From: an uncultured Acidobacteriota bacterium
Lineage (GTDB): Bacteria; Acidobacteriota; Vicinamibacteria; Vicinamibacterales; UBA2999
NCBI GenBank assembly: GCA_963784065.1
Contig: CAWAQA010000008.1
Span: forward strand, 127,618-191,617
Length of the DNA: 64,000 nt
Direction of reading: 5' to 3'
The first letter of the stretch is position 1, and each line of letters begins with the position of its first letter. Positions 25,502 through 37,293 of this stretch are shown here, piece after piece. Under the pieces are notes generated by a model. That model worked only from the letters and a program-made list of their open reading frames with translations. It was not told where the DNA came from and did no database searches. The position numbers and the translations under genes are program-made.

Positions 25502-25562
25502 GCGCGGATGCTAGCGCGGGAGCGGCGGGGTCACGACCCTCAGGTTAGTTGATACCGTTCCA

Positions 25563-26562
<1,000 letters not shown>

Positions 26563-26570
26563 GCAGCGTC

Positions 26571-26896
26571 CTAGGCGATGTGTCGATCAATGAGCTTGGC
26601 GATGTCTTCTTTGGCCGCGAGACCGACGAGTGTCTCCGCAAGCTCGCCGTCCTTGAACAGCAGCAGCGTCGGGATGCCGCGAATCATGAAGCGTCCCGGC
26701 ACGTTGGGGTTCTCGTCGACGTTCAGCTTGCCCACCGTGGCCGGCCGTCGTAGTCGGCGGCCAGCGAGTCCACGGTCGGCGCGAGCCGCCGGCAGGGGCC
26801 ACACCACTCCGCCCAGAAGTCAACCAGGACCACGCCCAACTTGATGTCCTCGTCGAAGTTGCTGTCGGTGAACGTCTTCACTTTCTCGGATGCCAT
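26571..26896 (-). CDS. trxA: Thioredoxin, frameshift near 26740
   Basis: MASEKV...[29 protein letters not shown]. Confidence 0.93.
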
Positions 26897-26948
26897 TCGT
26901 CCCCTCTCCGTTCAGCGGACCTCACGTCCGCCTCTACGAGCCCATGGT

Positions 26949-28385
26949 CTACCGCGCGGCGCGCTCGTAGACCTTCCCATATTCTCGCGCCGACGCGTCC
27001 CAGGAAAAATCCTGCTGCATTCCCGCCCGCTGCATGCGCCGCCAGGCATCCCTGTCCTGATAGATGCTCAACGCCCAGCGCAAGGTCCCAAGGAGCGCCT
27101 GCGGCGAGTACTCCTCGAACGTGAACCCCGTGCCCTCGCCCGTGGCCGGATCGAGATTCCTGACCGTATCGGCCAACCCGCCGGTCGCCCGCACCAGCGG
27201 GACCGTGCCGTAGCGCAGGCTGTACATCTGGTTCAGTCCGCAGGGCTCAAACCGCGACGGCATCAGGAACAGGTCGGCGCCGCCCTCGATGAGGTGCGCC
27301 AGCGCCCTCGTCGAACCCAATCCGCGCGCTGATCCGGTCCGGAAACCGCGCGGCCAGCCCGAGCCAGAGGTCCTCGTATCTTCGCTCGCCGGTACCGAGG
27401 AGGACGAAATTCGCATCCAGCCGCGGCAAGCTCGTCCGCCAACGCCGCCAACAGGTCGAACCCTTTCTGGTCCACCATCCGGGAAATCATTCCAACCAGC
27501 GGACGGGACAGGGTTTGCTCGTCGAGCGGCAGTCCGTATGCGTCCAGCACCGCACGCTTGGCCTCGGCCTTTCCCTCCAGCTTGGACGCATCGTAGGGGA
27601 CGGGCAGGTTCGGGTCACGGGCCGGGTCCCACTGATCGTAATCGATTCCGTTGAGGATTCCGACGAGGTCCGCGGCGCGGTAGCGCAGGATGCCGTCAAA
27701 TCCGAAGCCGTATTCCGGCGTCTGGATTTCGCGGGCGTACGTCGGGCTGACGGTGGTGACGGTGCGGCTGAACATGATGCCACCCTTGAGGTAGCTGATC
27801 CGGCCCCAGTACTCCATCGCGTCAACGTGCAGCAGCTCCCATCCGAGCCCCAGGGGCGGGAGCCAGCTCGCGTCGAAGACTCCTTGATACGCAAGGTTAT
27901 GGATGGTGAAAACGGCCGGCACGGTGCCCAGCCAGCCGCGATCGGCGTACGCCGTTCGCAGCAGCACCGGCACGAGACCCGCCTGCCAGTCATGGCCATG
28001 GATCACGTCGTACGGAGGCTGCGTGGCCGCCCATTCCAGGGCGGCGCGGGCGAGGAAGGCAAAGCGTTCCGCATTGTCCGCGTAGTCGTGGCCGCCGGCG
28101 CCGTAGAGATAATCGCGATCGAAGTACCCGGCGTGCTCCACGAACAGGGTACGGACGCCGCCAATTGGTCGTTGCATAGACTTCGGCCTCGGTCACCTGG
28201 GCGCCCAGCGCGACGGCGACCCGACCGATCGGCTCCCCCGCCGTGATCCCGCGATACCTCGGGATCACCACGTCAACCTCGTGGCCGAGCCGCGTGAGCG
28301 CACGCGGCAGTGAGCCCAGAACGTCGGCAAGGCCCCCCGTCTTGGCGAACGGCAGCGCCTCGGACGCCACCATCAAGATGCGCAT
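26949..28385 (-). CDS. glgA: Glycogen synthase, frameshifted
   Basis: [46 protein letters not shown]. Confidence 0.95.
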
Positions 28386-28403
28386 CAGTCGTGAAAATGT
28401 GTA

Positions 28404-28505
28404 GGCGTCCGGGCCCGGGAATCGGCGTGCACCCCGAGGCGACGAGGCCTGATTCCCTTGGCCTGCGGTAAGCGAGAGGCCTGCGCTCCATTACCGCATC
28501 GTCCC
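28404..28505 (-). ncRNA. Candidate structured cis-regulatory RNA in the glgA leader (unassigned family)
   Basis: Complementary segments seen by eye: an 8-bp stem, two 5-bp stems and a 7-nt loop-downstream complementarity. Confidence 0.3.
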
Positions 28506-28554
28506 ACGTTAAGGCAAACAGTCCGATAACGGCAACTTGTGTATGATCGCGCCA

Positions 28555-29451
28555 GTGCCTGATTCCGCTGCCCGCCCCGGTCGCCCAGGCCGGACCGACA
28601 CGCGCGAAGTGGCCGAGCTCCGGGCCATCAAAGACCGGCAACCCGAGCTGGGGGACGCAGTGGACATGCACCTCGAGCTCCTCGAGCTGCACCGCCGCAT
28701 CCAGGGCCGCGTCCCGCTTCCCTGGTTCGAGCTCAGCGCCGAGATCCTGGCGACGCATCAGGCCGAAGGGCGGCCGCTGCTCCGCTTCGAGGACATTCCG
28801 CTCGAGCTGACGGACCTGCGGCTCATGGTCCGGCAGACGGCGGACGTGCTGCGCCGTCACAGCGCGCTCGACGACGAGGATTTTCAGAAGGTGCAGACGC
28901 TGGGCCGCGACATGACGCTGCTGGCGGTGGCCGGCCAGTGGTACCGCACGCGCGCCGAGCGCCCGGTCAACTCGCCCGCCGCTGTCGGCATCGGTTCCGG
29001 GCCGCAGGAGTCCGCCAGCATGGACCTCGGGATGCTGGACCAGGTCCTGACGCTGGCGATGCGCCCGTTTCTGTCGCGCTGCGCCGAGGTGCTGCAGCAG
29101 CGCGCGGACCTCGCCATCTGGACGCACTCGCACTGTGCGCTCTGCGGCGGCGAACCCGACTTCTCGGTGATCACGCCGGCGGCCGAACGTCACTTGATCT
29201 GCAGCCGTTGCACGCTCCGCTGGAAATTCGAGCCGCTCACCTGCCCGTATTGCCGCAACAGTGACCGCGCGCGCATCACGTCGTTCGCGACACCGGATGG
29301 CCAGTACCGCGTCTACGCATGCGACGTCTGCCACCGCTACCTGAAGACCTATGATGCGCGTCGCTCGACGCGGTCGGTCATGCCGATCGTGGACGGCGTC
29401 GCCACGCTGCCGCTCGACGCCGCAGCCATTCAGCGCGGCTACTCGGGCTGA
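28555..29451 (+). CDS. fdhE: FdhE-family formate dehydrogenase accessory protein
   Basis: Four CxxC pairs (CALCGG, CSRC...W, CPYC, CDVC..YLK) and C-terminal ATLPLD...GY; TATGAT 7 nt before the GTG. Confidence 0.85.
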   Translation: MPDSAARPGRPGRTDTREVAELRAIKDRQPELGDAVDMHLELLELHRRIQGRVPLPWFELSAEILATHQAEGRPLLRFEDIPLELTDLRLMVRQTADVLRRHSALDDEDFQKVQTLGRDMTLLAVAGQWYRTRAERPVNSPAAVGIGSGPQESASMDLGMLDQVLTLAMRPFLSRCAEVLQQRADLAIWTHSHCALCGGEPDFSVITPAAERHLICSRCTLRWKFEPLTCPYCRNSDRARITSFATPDGQYRVYACDVCHRYLKTYDARRSTRSVMPIVDGVATLPLDAAAIQRGYSG

Positions 29452-29500
29452 TCGCCGGACCGAAGCCGGCGCTGCAATCGGTCGGCGACATGCGTCTGAC

Positions 29501-29530
29501 AAAAAAAGGCCGACCCAAGGGTCGGCCTTT
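29501..29530 (-). terminator. Intrinsic terminator after the S11 peptidase gene (possibly bidirectional)
   Basis: Minus strand AAAGGCCGACC-CTTG-GGTCGGCC followed by T7. Confidence 0.85.
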
Positions 29531-29554
29531 GTATCGTGTGAGGGAGGCGAACGG

Positions 29555-30614
29555 TTAGTCGGACGCGCCAGCCGTGGCTGCTTCGACCTTGGTGCCGAGG
29601 ATGTCCTGGGTCTTGCTCGCGAGCCAGTTGAACAGGTGGCGCGTTTCCCAGAAGCGGCCGGCGTTCGACTTCGCGCCGAGCACGACCACCGCGACCTGAG
29701 GACCACCCTGCGGCAGGCGAAGGAGCGTCGCGAGGCAGTAACCCGCCTTGGTGATGAAACCGGTCTTGCCGCCGAGCACGTCCACGTCGCCGTTGCGGAC
29801 GAGCTGATTGGTACTGCGAACAGTGACCGATGTGCGGCCGACCGACGCCGTGTATTCCGCCTTCCGCATGACGCTCGAGATGCGCTCGTCCTTCGACACA
29901 TACGAGATCAGGCGGGCCATGTCGTACGCCGACGACACGTTCGCGGCGAGCAGACCCGAGGGATCGGCGTAATACGTGTGGTCGAGGCCGAGCTCATCGG
30001 CCTTCACGTTCATGCGGTCGATGAAGCCTTCGGAACCGTGGGTGGAGACGCGCGCCAGCACGCGCGCCGCCGCGTTGTCCGACGCGATGAGCAGCAAGTG
30101 CAGCAGGTCCCCTGTCGTCACCTTGTAGCCCGACCGCAGATACGTCGTGGACGCGCGGGTTACGTCGGCGCCGCGTGACGACGACTTCCTGAGAGAGGTC
30201 AGGATCGTTCTCGAGGAACACGGCGGCCGTCATCACCTTGGTGATGCTGGCGATGGACCGGGTGTTCTGGGAGTTGGACTCCCAAAGAACCTCGCCCGTA
30301 GCCGGGTTGTAGATGATGGCGGCTTCGGCGCGAACGTCAGGAACGAGGGCGCCGGCGGCGTCGAGCTTGAACTGGGGCTCCTGAGCTTCCTTGAGCTGCC
30401 GGGCGGCGGACGCCGCACGGGCGCGCGCGACCTTCGCGCGACGGGCCCGGGATGCCTTGGCCGAATAGGCCTTCTTGGTGGGGGCCTTCTTGAGCGCCAG
30501 CTTCTTGCCAGAGGTCGTCTGGGCGGAAACGGAAGCGGTCGGCCAGCCAAACGCGGCCATTACTGTCACAAGACAGATCAGTCGGAGGATCCTGAATGGC
30601 CGGGTTGGGGTCAC
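29555..30614 (-). CDS. Peptidase S11 D-alanyl-D-alanine carboxy/endopeptidase (PbpG-like), frameshift near 30170
   Basis: Signal peptide, basic linker, SIASITK (SxxK), SDN, KTG. Confidence 0.9.
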
Positions 30615-30814
30615 AGGTAAACCTTTGAAAGACAGAGTGTAAAGGTTGTGTCGGCATTGTACCAAAGAAACTGTAGGCCGCAAGGGGTTTTGACAGAACC
30701 GGGTATGTCACATGTACCCTTGGCGTATACATTTCCGTCACCTCAGCCGACGTTCGATGCTCAGCCTTTCCAAAATGGATGCCAGTTGAGGTGAATGCGG
30801 CTGAAACGAGGTAC

Positions 30815-31381
30815 ATGCCCGTGAGCCTGTCGGAAACCGAGTTCGCCGCCCTCCGCCAGACCATCGCCTCGAGGGGGACCACACGCATGGTCCTGCTCCC
30901 GATTACCTTAATCGGCTGGTCCGCGTTAAGCCTTCTGTTGCTGCTGTTTAGCGGGGTGCCGGTGGGGTGCCTGCTGAGCCTGGCCGTGCTCGTCGGAGGC
31001 TTCGAAGCCATCCACGCGCTGCATGTGGGCGTCGAACGGATCGGCCGGTACCTGCAGGTCTTCTACGAAACGGGCAGCGACACGCCACGCTGGGAAACCA
31101 CCGCGATGGCCGTCGGGCCGTCACTCCCTGGCGGGGGAATCGACCCCCTCTTCTCCGTGGTCTTCATCTGCGCCACGTTCCTCAACGCCATTCCGGCCCT
31201 GCTGCCCCAGCCGACCACGCTGGAACTCGGCGTCATCGGCGCGCTCCACGCGGCCTTCGTCTTCCGCGTCATTCGCGCGCGGGGTGCGGCGGCCCGCCAA
31301 CGGGCGGTCGAGCTCGAAACCTACCGGGCGCTCAGGAACGAAGGGGCGTCCGGGCTGCGGACTCCGGGCTCCGCCCCCTGA
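30815..31381 (+). CDS. Hypothetical 4-TM membrane protein
   Basis: GAGG RBS, four hydrophobic segments, 'RIGRYLQVFYE' loop. Confidence 0.7.
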   Translation: MPVSLSETEFAALRQTIASRGTTRMVLLPITLIGWSALSLLLLLFSGVPVGCLLSLAVLVGGFEAIHALHVGVERIGRYLQVFYETGSDTPRWETTAMAVGPSLPGGGIDPLFSVVFICATFLNAIPALLPQPTTLELGVIGALHAAFVFRVIRARGAAARQRAVELETYRALRNEGASGLRTPGSAP

Positions 31382-31480
31382 GAGCTGATTGGCTCCACTG
31401 CGTGAAGCTCGTCGAGCGGCGGCCGCCACAAAAATTGGAGCCCGCAGCCTGAAGCCCGGCGTCTGGAGTCCGGAGCCCCT

Positions 31481-32745
31481 CTACGGCTGCGCCAGCGCAA
31501 TCGCCAGCAGCACCGCCCGCTGCGTCCCCTGCCACGAATCGGTGGTGTCGAACGTCTCCTCGAGCGCATGTGCGCCCGTGCCCCGGCCGCCGCCGTCAAC
31601 GGTAATCGCAGGAATTCCCAGGCTCATCGCAATGTTCGAATCCGTCGAGCCTTCGTCGAGGCGCGAGGTCAGGCCCAGCACCTTGCTCACCGACAGGGCC
31701 GCCATGACGATCGGCGAAGTGGCCTCCGTGCGGCCGGCGGGACGATCCCCGACCAGTTGCTTCTCCACGGTCACGCGGCCGCTGTCGTTCCAGCGCTTGT
31801 TCTCGGCCGCGACCGCCTCTTCGACGACCCGGTGAAAGCTGGTGTGGACAGCCTGGAGAGCCGCCGGGTCCGCGGACCTCATGTCCACCTCCATCCAGGC
31901 CTCGAACGCGATGGCGTTCACAGACGTGCCGCCGCCGACCCGGCCCACGTTGAACGTGGTCTTCGGCTCGGTCGGGACCTGGAGGTCGGCCATGCCATCG
32001 ATCGCGCGTCCGAGCGCGTGCACGGGATTAGCTATGCCGAATGCCCCATAGCTGTGGCCCCCTGGCCCCTTGAACGTCACGCGGTACCGGTAGCTCCCCA
32101 CGGCGATGTGCGAAATCCCGAGCCCGGTGCCGTCGACCGATACGAACCTGTCGATCTGACCTTTCAGCGTGTCGTTGAAGAGCGCCTTGACCCCGCGCAG
32201 ATCGCCAAGCCCTTCCTCGCCCACCGTGCCGACGAACGTGATGGTCCCCGGCGTCGTGACATTGGCCTTGTTCATCGCCCTGACCACCGCCAGCAGCACG
32301 GCCAGACCCCGGCAGTCATCGCCGATCCCGGGGCCCTTGAGGACGGTCTTCTCGCGCGTGACCCGGACGTTGGTCTCCTCCGGAAACACCGTGTCGAGGT
32401 GCGCGCTGAAGACCAGATGCGGCTGGGCGGCGCGACCACGCCGTTCGCCAAGCACGTTGCCCGCGCGGTCGATGCGCACGTCGGTCAGGCCGACGGCGCG
32501 AAACGCCTCGGCATAGGCGCTGGCGCGCGCCGCCTCCTTGAAGGGCGGCGCCGGAATTTCGCACAGACGGATCTGATCCTCGATCGTGCGCGGTTCGTCG
32601 CTGCGTGCCGCGTCAACGGCCGCACGCACAGCGGCCTCCTGCATCAACCGCGCGCCAATGTCGGGATCCTGCTGGGCGCTGGCGGCGGAGACACGCTGCC
32701 ACACGTGGCGATCATCAGAAACGTGATCACGCGAACTGACAGCAT
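31481..32745 (-). CDS. M20/M28 family metallopeptidase, exported; frameshift near the N-terminus
   Basis: SAHLDTVF, GIGDDCRG, VGEEGLGD, GGHS, STDSN, HALEE. Confidence 0.9.
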
Positions 32746-32977
32746 CAAGGGCCTCGCTGTAACTTCCAGCGTCTGCGGAACGCTCAGGAAACTGTACACC
32801 CGGCTCCAACCCGTTGAACCGGATCCAACCGTCGATAGTCAGTCACATCGTGTGTAGGACTGACACACCAGACATGATCCCGCCGCCGTTGTACGCCGAC
32901 CTCCAGTTTCGGAATGTTTTGCCGATTCTCCTCGGAGAGTCGATCTTCGGTAACACGCTCGTTTGTAACGAGCTCAG

Positions 32978-32993
32978 CGGTACGAGGTTTGCT
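32978..32993 (+). promoter_or_regulatory. Sigma54 (-24/-12) promoter
   Basis: CGGTACGAGGTTTGCT = GG-N10-GC, upstream of a GGAGG RBS and a small ORF. Confidence 0.6.
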
Positions 32994-33017
32994 ATGTCGA
33001 TGTCCGGAGGATCGGTC

Positions 33018-33227
33018 ATGAGTCTCGTGCGGCTCCTTGGATTTCGGACACTCACCTGCGGTTGCGTGATTGGTCGCTATCGCGAGCTGGCGACGAGCCG
33101 TGAGCTGACCTACGTCGAAGAGAAGGGCACACGCTGCGAGACTCACGGCCACCGACGCAATCATACGATCGGCGCCGATCGACTCGGCGGATCTCCAACT
33201 CCCTTCGCCACCGCGAAAGCATCCTGA
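33018..33227 (+). CDS. Small Cys/His protein (69 aa, CGC motif)
   Basis: GGAGG RBS 7 nt upstream; MSLVRLLGFRTLTCGCVIGRY...RCETHGHRRNH... Confidence 0.65.
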   Translation: MSLVRLLGFRTLTCGCVIGRYRELATSRELTYVEEKGTRCETHGHRRNHTIGADRLGGSPTPFATAKAS

Positions 33228-33431
33228 GCTCTTCGAGCGGACTGTCCACACCGATTGAACACTACTGACAACAGGCGGTTCGAGTGCGACCTGCGGGCCG
33301 CGACATCGGAGCGGCCCGGAAGCGATTCGGAAGGCGACGAGGCCATGAGTCTACGGTCTACCGGCTCCGCTTTCCGACCGTAGACCGAAGACCCAGCCTA
33401 TCGTCCCCGGAGACCGGTACAATCCCCCCCG

Positions 33432-34304
33432 GTGCCCCGACTTCCCCGACCGCACACCACGCTCACGTTCGACAACTCGACGCTCCGTTTTTACCTGGGC
33501 GATTGTCTCGACGTGCTCGGCCGGCTTCCGGCAGGCTCGGTCGATTCGATGGTCACCTCGCCGCCGTACAATCTCGGCATTCGGTACCGCACGTACGACG
33601 ACACGATTCCGCGCGGCAAGTACCTGAAGTGGACCGGCGAATGGGTGGCACGCGCGGCGGCCACGCTTGCCGCCGATGGGTCGATGTTCCTGAACGTCGG
33701 CGCCAAGCCGACCGATCCGTGGACGGCCCTCGATGTCGCCCAGGCCGTTCGTCCGCACCTGCGCCTCCAGAACACCATCCACTGGATCAAGTCGATTGCG
33801 ATCGAGAAAGCCGCTGCGGGTGCGCGCGCCGGGCTCGAGGACGATCTCGCGGTCGGCCATTACAAGCCGATCAACAGCAAACGATTCCTCCACGACTGCC
33901 ACGAGTTCGTGTTCCACTTCACGCCGAACGGGGATACGCCGCTCCATCGTCAGGCGATTGGCGTCCGCTATCAGGATCAGTCAAATGTTGGACGCTGGCA
34001 GACGGCGGCCTCCGGCGTACGCTGCCGCGGCAACACGTGGTTCATTCCGTACGAGACCATCCAGAACCGCGAGAAGGATCGCCCGCACCCGGCGACTTTC
34101 CCGCCGCGGCTTCCCGAGATGTGCCTGAAGCTGCATGGTCTGGAGCGCATCCGCACGGTGGCGGATCCCTTCATGGGCCTCGGCTCGACGGCTGTCGCCT
34201 GTGCCCAGCTCGGGCTGAACTTCATCGGGATCGAAATGGACGAGGGATACCTGAAGGAGGCGGTCGAGCGAGTACGCGCCGCCGGCACACGCGCCGTCGT
34301 CTGA
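33432..34304 (+). CDS. Orphan beta-class amino DNA methyltransferase (SPPY; likely N4-cytosine)
   Basis: GDCL, VTSPPYN, HPATFP, DPFMGLGST, IGIE; catalytic motif precedes the SAM-binding motif. Confidence 0.9.
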   Translation: MPRLPRPHTTLTFDNSTLRFYLGDCLDVLGRLPAGSVDSMVTSPPYNLGIRYRTYDDTIPRGKYLKWTGEWVARAAATLAADGSMFLNVGAKPTDPWTALDVAQAVRPHLRLQNTIHWIKSIAIEKAAAGARAGLEDDLAVGHYKPINSKRFLHDCHEFVFHFTPNGDTPLHRQAIGVRYQDQSNVGRWQTAASGVRCRGNTWFIPYETIQNREKDRPHPATFPPRLPEMCLKLHGLERIRTVADPFMGLGSTAVACAQLGLNFIGIEMDEGYLKEAVERVRAAGTRAVV

Positions 34305-34363
34305 AACCCTCCAAACGCATTGAACCCGTTGAACCCATGCGCTCAGCGCATGTATGCTGAGCC

Positions 34364-35284
34364 ATGGACCTTCGGCAGCTCGAGATCATTCGCGCCATTG
34401 CAGACAGCGGGTCCTTCACCGCCGCCGGCGAAAAGCTCCACGTCTCTCAGTCCGCCATCAGCCGCCAGATTCTGCTGCTCGAGGAAGAGCTGGGTGAGCC
34501 GGTGTTCCACCGCATCGGGCGCCGCATCCGTATCACTCCAGCCGGCGAGTCGCTGCTCCAGCTGAGCAACCGCGTCTTCCAGGACCTCTCCGACACCGTT
34601 TCCGCGATCAGCGACAAGCAGGAGTCGTTGCGCGGCGCGATACGCCTGGTGGGCGGGATGACCGTCTGCCTCTACGTGTTTCCCGCGCTCCTCGCCGAAG
34701 TGCGGAGGGCCCACCCGAACCTGGACCTCAAAGTCACCGTCGGCAGCGCGGAGCGGTCGATCGCCATGCTGCGGTCCGGCGCCGGCGACCTCGGGTTGAT
34801 CACCCTCCCGGTCGAGGCCAGCGACCTCGTGTCGGTGCCTGTCCTCCGGGAAGAGCTCCTGCTCATCACCTATCCTGCGCACCCCCTGGCGAGAAAGCGG
34901 CAGGTCACCCCCGGCGATCTGAATCGGCAGCCGTTCATCCTGTTCGAGACCGGCTCGATCACGCGGCGGATTGTCGAGCAGTTCTTCATGCGCGAGCGGA
35001 TCGAGCCCGAGATCGTCATGGAGACCGAGAATGTCGAGATCATCAAGGCCATGGTCCGGCATGGCCTGGGCATCAGCATCATCCCGTGGCAGGCCGCGGC
35101 CGACGATGTGCGAACGAAGCAGCTGTTCTGCACACGGGTCGCGGGCCAGGCGCTGCACCGGGAGACCGGGTGGCTGTATCCCAAAATGAGCCGGCTGCCC
35201 CGGACCGTGACGGAGGTGATCAAGGTGTTCGATCAGGTCCGGCCCACGCTGGAGGCTGCCGCGCGGCCACCGGAGACCGTATGA
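34364..35284 (+). CDS. LysR family transcriptional regulator
   Basis: SFTAAGEKLHVSQSAISRQILLLEEELG HTH; promoter TTGAAC-N18-TATGCT 5 nt before the ATG. Confidence 0.95.
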   Translation: MDLRQLEIIRAIADSGSFTAAGEKLHVSQSAISRQILLLEEELGEPVFHRIGRRIRITPAGESLLQLSNRVFQDLSDTVSAISDKQESLRGAIRLVGGMTVCLYVFPALLAEVRRAHPNLDLKVTVGSAERSIAMLRSGAGDLGLITLPVEASDLVSVPVLREELLLITYPAHPLARKRQVTPGDLNRQPFILFETGSITRRIVEQFFMRERIEPEIVMETENVEIIKAMVRHGLGISIIPWQAAADDVRTKQLFCTRVAGQALHRETGWLYPKMSRLPRTVTEVIKVFDQVRPTLEAAARPPETV

Positions 35285-35353
35285 GCGTCAGGGATGGACG
35301 CTATCCGATCATTCTATTTTTCGTAGCCCTGCTCAGCGATACAATCGGCCTCC

Positions 35354-35533
35354 ATGGACCACGCACCTCATTTGACCGGCGGCGTCGATCGTGTCATTCA
35401 CGTCACCCTCAGCGAGGCGGACTGGCAGGCCTTCATCGCCAGCACGCCCCAGCCGGTGGACTGGCTCAAGGAACGGATCCGGGAAGCTATCGTGAAGAGC
35501 CAGCAGCCGGCGGCCGGCAGCCGGAAGTCCTGA
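35354..35533 (+). CDS. Small hypothetical protein (59 aa; below the ORF-track cutoff)
   Basis: MDHAPHLTGGVDRVIHVTLSEADWQAFIASTPQPVDWLKERIREAIVKSQQPAAGSRKS; GC-rich third codon positions, TACAAT 8 nt before the ATG. Confidence 0.65.
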   Translation: MDHAPHLTGGVDRVIHVTLSEADWQAFIASTPQPVDWLKERIREAIVKSQQPAAGSRKS

Positions 35534-35668
35534 GCCGCGCCTCCCTCAGGCCCTGCCGCCGGCCGCCTGTTCCCTGCTGACGGCGCCGCCAACGGTGTGC
35601 CCGGCGGGAACACCGTGCCGTTGCCAGGCGCTCGGCTGAGACGGCGTCGCTGCTATAGGATGGGGCCG

Positions 35669-37281
35669 ATGCGCCGCCGATGGCTTCACGTGCTCACCAC
35701 GGTGCTGGCGTTCGTTGCGACGCCGACAGCTCAGGATCCCGCAACTCCCCGCCTCATCGTCATCGTCGTCGTCGATCAGTTCCGCGCTGACTACCTCGAG
35801 ACCTTCAAGCACCGGTGGCGGGACGGTTTTCGGACGCTGCTTGCCGAAGGCGCGCGGTTCGATCACGTCGATTACCCGTACGTGAACACCGTGACGTGCG
35901 CCGGGCACGCGACGATCGCGACCGGAACGCTGCCGCGAACGCACGGGATCGTCCTCAACGGCTGGTGGGATCGCCAGCAGCGCGCTTTTACCGACTGCAC
36001 CGGCGACCCCGACGCGACGCATATCACCTACGGACGGCCGGCGCGGTCGGGCAACAGCGGGCGGCACCTGCTCGTGAACACGCTTGCCGACGAGCTGCGC
36101 GCGCAGAAGCCGGGCGCGCGCGTCGTGTCGCTCTCCCTCAAGGAAACGAGCGCGATCGGACTGTCAGGCCATGGCGGCGACGCGGTCACGTGGTTCGACG
36201 ACGAGTCCGGCTCATTCGTCACCTCCCGCGCGTTCGCATCCGGCCCGGTGAACGCGGTGAGCGAGTTCCTCGGCCGCAACCCTCATGAAGCCGAGAACGG
36301 CCGCACGTGGGCGCTCCTCGCACAGCCCGAGACGTATCGATTCGCCGACGCCGATCGCGGCGCCCTTCCTCCCCCGACCTGGGGCACGCTTTTCCCGCAT
36401 CGCATCGCCGGGCGAAACGGAGCCGACGGCCTGTTTCACGCGCTCTGGCAGGCAAGCCCGTTCTCAGACGCGTACCTGGGCCGGATGGCCGGGTCGCTGA
36501 TCGAGAGCCTCGCCCTCGGCGACCGCAACCAGACGGACTTTCTTGGCATCAGCTTCTCGGCGCTGGATCTCGTCGGACACGCGTTCGGACCCGAGAGCCG
36601 GGAAGTGGAGGATCTCCTGGCGCACCTCGACGGCACGCTCGGTGTACTCATCAAACGCCTCGACGAGAAGGTCGGCCGCAACGCGTACACGCTTGCACTC
36701 AGTGCCGACCATGGCGTCGCGCCGATTCCTGTGGCGGGGAAATACGGCCGCATCGTGACCGACGATCTCCGTGAGCGCGTCGAGGAGACACTCGATCTGC
36801 GGTTCGGCGCACGCGAGGCGCCGTATGTTGACAGCGTCGTCTTCAATTACGTCTACTTCGCCCCCGGCATCTTCGATCGGCTGCGCGCCAACGACGCCGA
36901 TATGCGTGCCGTTGAAGAAGCCGTGCGGAGTCTGCCCGGCGTGGAACGCGTGCTGCGAAGCGACCGCGTGAATGAAAGGGCGTCCGACCCGGTCGAACGT
37001 GCCGTCGCGCTGAGTCATGTCCCCCGGCGCAGCGGCGATCTCATCGTCGTCCCGGAACCATACTGGTTTCTTGCGCCGCGAGCCTCGGGGCGGGCACGAC
37101 ACACGGCTCGTCGCGGCCCTACGATCGGCAGGTGCCGATCATTCTGCTGGGGTCGGGGATCAAGGCCGGGCGGTACGAGCAGCCTGCGACGCCGGCCGAT
37201 ATCGCCCCCACCCTCGCGGATCTGGCCGGCGTCCGGCTAGCGCACGCAGAAGGGCGCGTGTTGAAGGAAGCGCTTCGTTAG
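35669..37281 (+). CDS. Alkaline phosphatase superfamily protein (PafA-like), frameshift near 37090
   Basis: Signal peptide, VVDQFR, TCAGHATIATG (Thr nucleophile), DLVGHAFGP, SADHG, HGS..PYD. Confidence 0.9.
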
Positions 37282-37293
37282 GGCCGGCAGCGA

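Noticed and set aside
28400..28500. Fluoride, cobalamin or c-di-GMP riboswitch, or tRNA-Sec next to fdhE
   Set aside because: Only fragmentary resemblance (GGTAATGGAG...GACGCCTAC; AAGGGAA). The required pairings, cloverleaf and TCA anticodon arm are not present, so it is kept only as an unassigned candidate.
33018..34304. Restriction-modification or defence island
   Set aside because: No endonuclease, specificity subunit or mobility gene is adjacent; the PD-(D/E)xK-like gene is 10 kb away in another operon.
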